Positions 61,881 through 64,000 of a DNA stretch of 64,000 bases are shown here, piece after piece. The notes under the pieces are model-generated. The model was not told where the DNA came from and did no database searches. It worked only from the letters and a program-made list of their open reading frames with translations. Each line of letters starts with the position of its first letter. Position 1 is the stretch's first letter. Source of the DNA: an uncultured Chloroflexia bacterium (lineage in GTDB: Bacteria > Chloroflexota > Limnocylindria > Limnocylindrales > CSP1-4); assembly GCA_963746855.1 (NCBI GenBank), contig CAVVDC010000011.1, positions 11,047-75,046 on the forward strand, given 5' to 3'. A program made the translations under genes and the position numbers.

Positions 61881-62506
61881 ATGCCGACGACCTTGCCGAA
61901 GCTCTGACCACAGGCGCCTCCGGGTGGCTGGTCCTGTCGGTCGCAGCGGTCCTGCCGATGCTCTGGACGTTCACGCTGGTCATGCACTTCGCTCGTCCCG
62001 CGGTCTTCCAATTCCTGCAATCGCTGACCCTTCGGTTCGGCGGCGACGTGTGGTGGCTGTCGTACGTCCTGATCCGCGACGCGCTGCTCGTCATCACCCT
62101 GGGGCTGAGCATGCTCTTCCTCATGCCGAATCTCTACTTCGTCGAGGGACTCCCGATCACCGCGCCGCTCTCGGTCGTGGTGCTCTTCTGGGCGCTCATC
62201 GTCAAGGTCGTTCGCGATCCGGACGAGGATCCAGCGGCGTTCCGACTCATGAGCTTCCTGCTCGTGATCGCATCGGTCCTGTACATCGTTCCGCAGATCT
62301 ACGGGCTCGAGGCGGCCGACCAGGCGTACCTCGGCGACCTGCCAAGCGCGCTCATCAGCAGCTCCAACCTTGACGTGGCGCGTCCGCTGTTCTGGCTGAG
62401 CTTCGGGCTCTTCGGGATCAGCGCCGCGGCGATGTTCGTCCGGGCCGTCCTCCAGCTGAGCGCCCCGGGGCCCGCTGCGACCGAGGAATCCGAAAGCGCG
62501 GCCTGA
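61877..62506 (+). CDS. 5-TM membrane protein, unknown family (paralogue B)
   Basis: ATG 61877 overlaps the upstream stop (ATGA), 209 aa. Motifs HFARP, LTLRFGGDVWWLSYVLIRD, LPIT, AAFR, LYIVP. Confidence 0.7.
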   Translation: MNADDLAEALTTGASGWLVLSVAAVLPMLWTFTLVMHFARPAVFQFLQSLTLRFGGDVWWLSYVLIRDALLVITLGLSMLFLMPNLYFVEGLPITAPLSVVVLFWALIVKVVRDPDEDPAAFRLMSFLLVIASVLYIVPQIYGLEAADQAYLGDLPSALISSSNLDVARPLFWLSFGLFGISAAAMFVRAVLQLSAPGPAATEESESAA

Positions 62507-62586
62507 ACACACGGGGTCCCGGCGGGTATCGCCGGTGATAGAGTCCGGGCCGTGGATCGACCAGAGGCGAAGCGGGCCGCCCGCTG

Positions 62587-63522
62587 TTGAGACGACGGAT
62601 CCTCCGTCCGCTGAAGAAGCGGTACGTCAGCCTGCTGCACGGGTTCATCAACCGGAGTTTCCCGTTCTGGCAGCGCCTCGGCGTCCACGTCTCGCCGGTC
62701 CATTTCTACCAGCCGATCCCTGACACGCGTCGTCTGGATCCTGAGTTGTGGCGGCGCCGATCGAGCTTGGTCGGCGTCGATCTGCGGCCCGAGGCGCAGC
62801 TCGCGATGCTCCGCGAGTTCGGGCGGACGTACGGCGAGGAATGCCGAGCCTTCACGGGCCCGCGACGACCCGGCAAGTACTACCTCACCAACCCGATGTT
62901 CGGGCCGGTCGACGCCGAGATGCTCTACTGCATGATCCGGCACCACAAGCCCCGGAAGATGATCGAGATCGGCTCGGGGTACTCGACGCTCTTGTCCGCC
63001 GAGGCGATCGCCCGGAACGCCGAGGAGGGACATCCGGGCACGTTGATCGCCTACGAGCCGTACCCGCGCAAGTTCCTGCGCGACCACCCCGGCATCGAGG
63101 TGCGCAAGGTCCCGGGCGAGCGCGTACCACCGGCTGAGATCGAAACACTCGAGGCGGGCGACATCCTGTTCATCGACTCGACGCACACGCTCCGGATCGG
63201 CGGCGACGTCCAGCACGAGTACCGCGAACTGGTGCCGCGGCTTCGACCCGGGGCGTTGGTCCATATCCACGACATCTTTCTGCCGGAGGAGTACCCGAGC
63301 CGGCAGGCGCTCAAGTTCCACCGCTTCTGGACCGAGCAGTACCTCGTGCAAGCGTTCCTCGCGTTCAACAGCGCGTTCGAGGTCGTTTGGGCGGGCAACT
63401 TCATGCGCCTGACGTATCCGGACGACCTTCGGACCGCCTTCCCGACCTTCACCGAGAACGTCGTTCCGGGCAGCCTGTGGCTTCGGCGGCTCACATCCGA
63501 GAAGGACGCGAAACCCGACTAG
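62587..63522 (+). CDS. class I SAM-dependent methyltransferase-like protein
   Basis: TTG start, 311 aa. ...KMIEIGSGYSTLL... (motif I-like) and ...GDILFIDSTHT... (Methyltransf_24-like pattern from memory). Confidence 0.6.
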   Translation: MRRRILRPLKKRYVSLLHGFINRSFPFWQRLGVHVSPVHFYQPIPDTRRLDPELWRRRSSLVGVDLRPEAQLAMLREFGRTYGEECRAFTGPRRPGKYYLTNPMFGPVDAEMLYCMIRHHKPRKMIEIGSGYSTLLSAEAIARNAEEGHPGTLIAYEPYPRKFLRDHPGIEVRKVPGERVPPAEIETLEAGDILFIDSTHTLRIGGDVQHEYRELVPRLRPGALVHIHDIFLPEEYPSRQALKFHRFWTEQYLVQAFLAFNSAFEVVWAGNFMRLTYPDDLRTAFPTFTENVVPGSLWLRRLTSEKDAKPD

Positions 63523-64000
63523 GCGCTCCGCTCACCGAGTCGTGTGAGCGCAGCCGTGACGTCCCAAAGCCGACGCGCGACCTCTGGATCTCGCGTGTAC
63601 GGCGGCGCGTCGATCTCGTGGCCGGCGTGGTAGAAGCGCCCGGTGAGTCCCTCGTACTCGGGCGCCAGGGCGATGGGAACGATCGCTTCCGCCGCTCGAG
63701 CCGGGCTCCGTGACACGACCCGGGTCGCCCAACGCAGCGGTGCGGGAGCATCGCGCATCAGGTTCGTCCGGACGAGTCCCGGGTGGATGGCGTTGGCCGT
63801 CACGCCCGTGCCCTCGAGTCGGCGGGCGAGCTCGAAGGTGAAAAGCAGGTCGGCCGCCTTCGAGGCGCCGAATGCGCTCAGCGAGCGGAACCGGCGCTCG
63901 CCCTGGAGGTCGTCGAAGTCGAGCCGAACGGTCGATGGGGCACTGAGAACGAGGATCCGGGCCGGGCCGGCCCGGAGCTGGTCGAGGACGAGGTTCGTGA
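63519..64000 (-). CDS. short-chain dehydrogenase/reductase (5' end beyond the window)
   Basis: ORF track gives 63519..63803, and the frame stays open to the window end. ...SAFGASKAADLLFTFELARRLEGTGVTANAIHPGLVRTNL... is the SDR region around the catalytic lysine (SKAA) and the downstream PG motif. Confidence 0.8.
   Translation of the reverse strand, partial: TNLVLDQLRAGPARILVLSAPSTVRLDFDDLQGERRFRSLSAFGASKAADLLFTFELARRLEGTGVTANAIHPGLVRTNLMRDAPAPLRWATRVVSRSPARAAEAIVPIALAPEYEGLTGRFYHAGHEIDAPPYTRDPEVARRLWDVTAALTRLGERSA

Overview
High-GC (about 70% by eye) bacterial chromosomal segment. It is gene-dense, and many neighbouring genes are coupled by ATGA/GTGA/TGATG start-stop overlaps. I support about 70 CDS, 1 tRNA and a few promoter, operator and terminator candidates. 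I see no rRNA, CRISPR array, transposase or integrase. F420-type enzymes, Pro/Thr-rich linkers, frequent GTG/TTG starts and apparently leaderless divergent gene pairs suggest an Actinomycetota- or Chloroflexota-like organism; this is inference only.

Content in order:
- APC permease.
- PadR-Rieske-membrane protein operon.
- fumC and a GNAT gene.
- A phenylacetate (paa) catabolic cluster: EthD, two crotonases, paaABCD, a paaH-like dehydrogenase and a paaJ-like thiolase. On the opposite strand it is split by an ECF sigma/anti-sigma module and a paralogous FN3-like membrane protein.
- erpA, a GGDEF protein, a LON-domain protein, a molybdopterin oxidoreductase, and a GT2 plus flippase-like pair.
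- An Opu-type osmoprotectant ABC transporter, an LLM oxidoreductase and a MerR regulator.
- GNAT, ATP-dependent DNA ligase, rhodanese and a class V aminotransferase.
- tRNA-Ile with a UAU anticodon.
- A block of poorly characterised genes: NERD-like protein, SH3 membrane protein, orphan DNA methyltransferase and a large LuxR (LAL) regulator.
- Cupredoxin and AlaX.
- A second ECF sigma with an anti-sigma-like module and a transglutaminase domain.
- MgtC, an RCK channel, pntAA/AB/B and kynA with an XRE-cupin regulator.
- F420 reductase and two VOC proteins.
- A two-component system followed by a ferredoxin-GltD-like flavoprotein and two paralogous membrane proteins that I cannot assign.

That last locus (57.2-62.5 kb) is my best candidate for an undescribed system. 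Other notable points:
- tRNA-Ile(UAU).
- Two apparent frameshifts, in paaH and in the anti-sigma/transglutaminase gene.
- A self-contained 33-codon membrane-peptide transcription unit.
- A methyltransferase with permuted motif order.
- A LAL regulator lacking the Walker A lysine.

All function calls come from motif recognition by eye. No database search was run.
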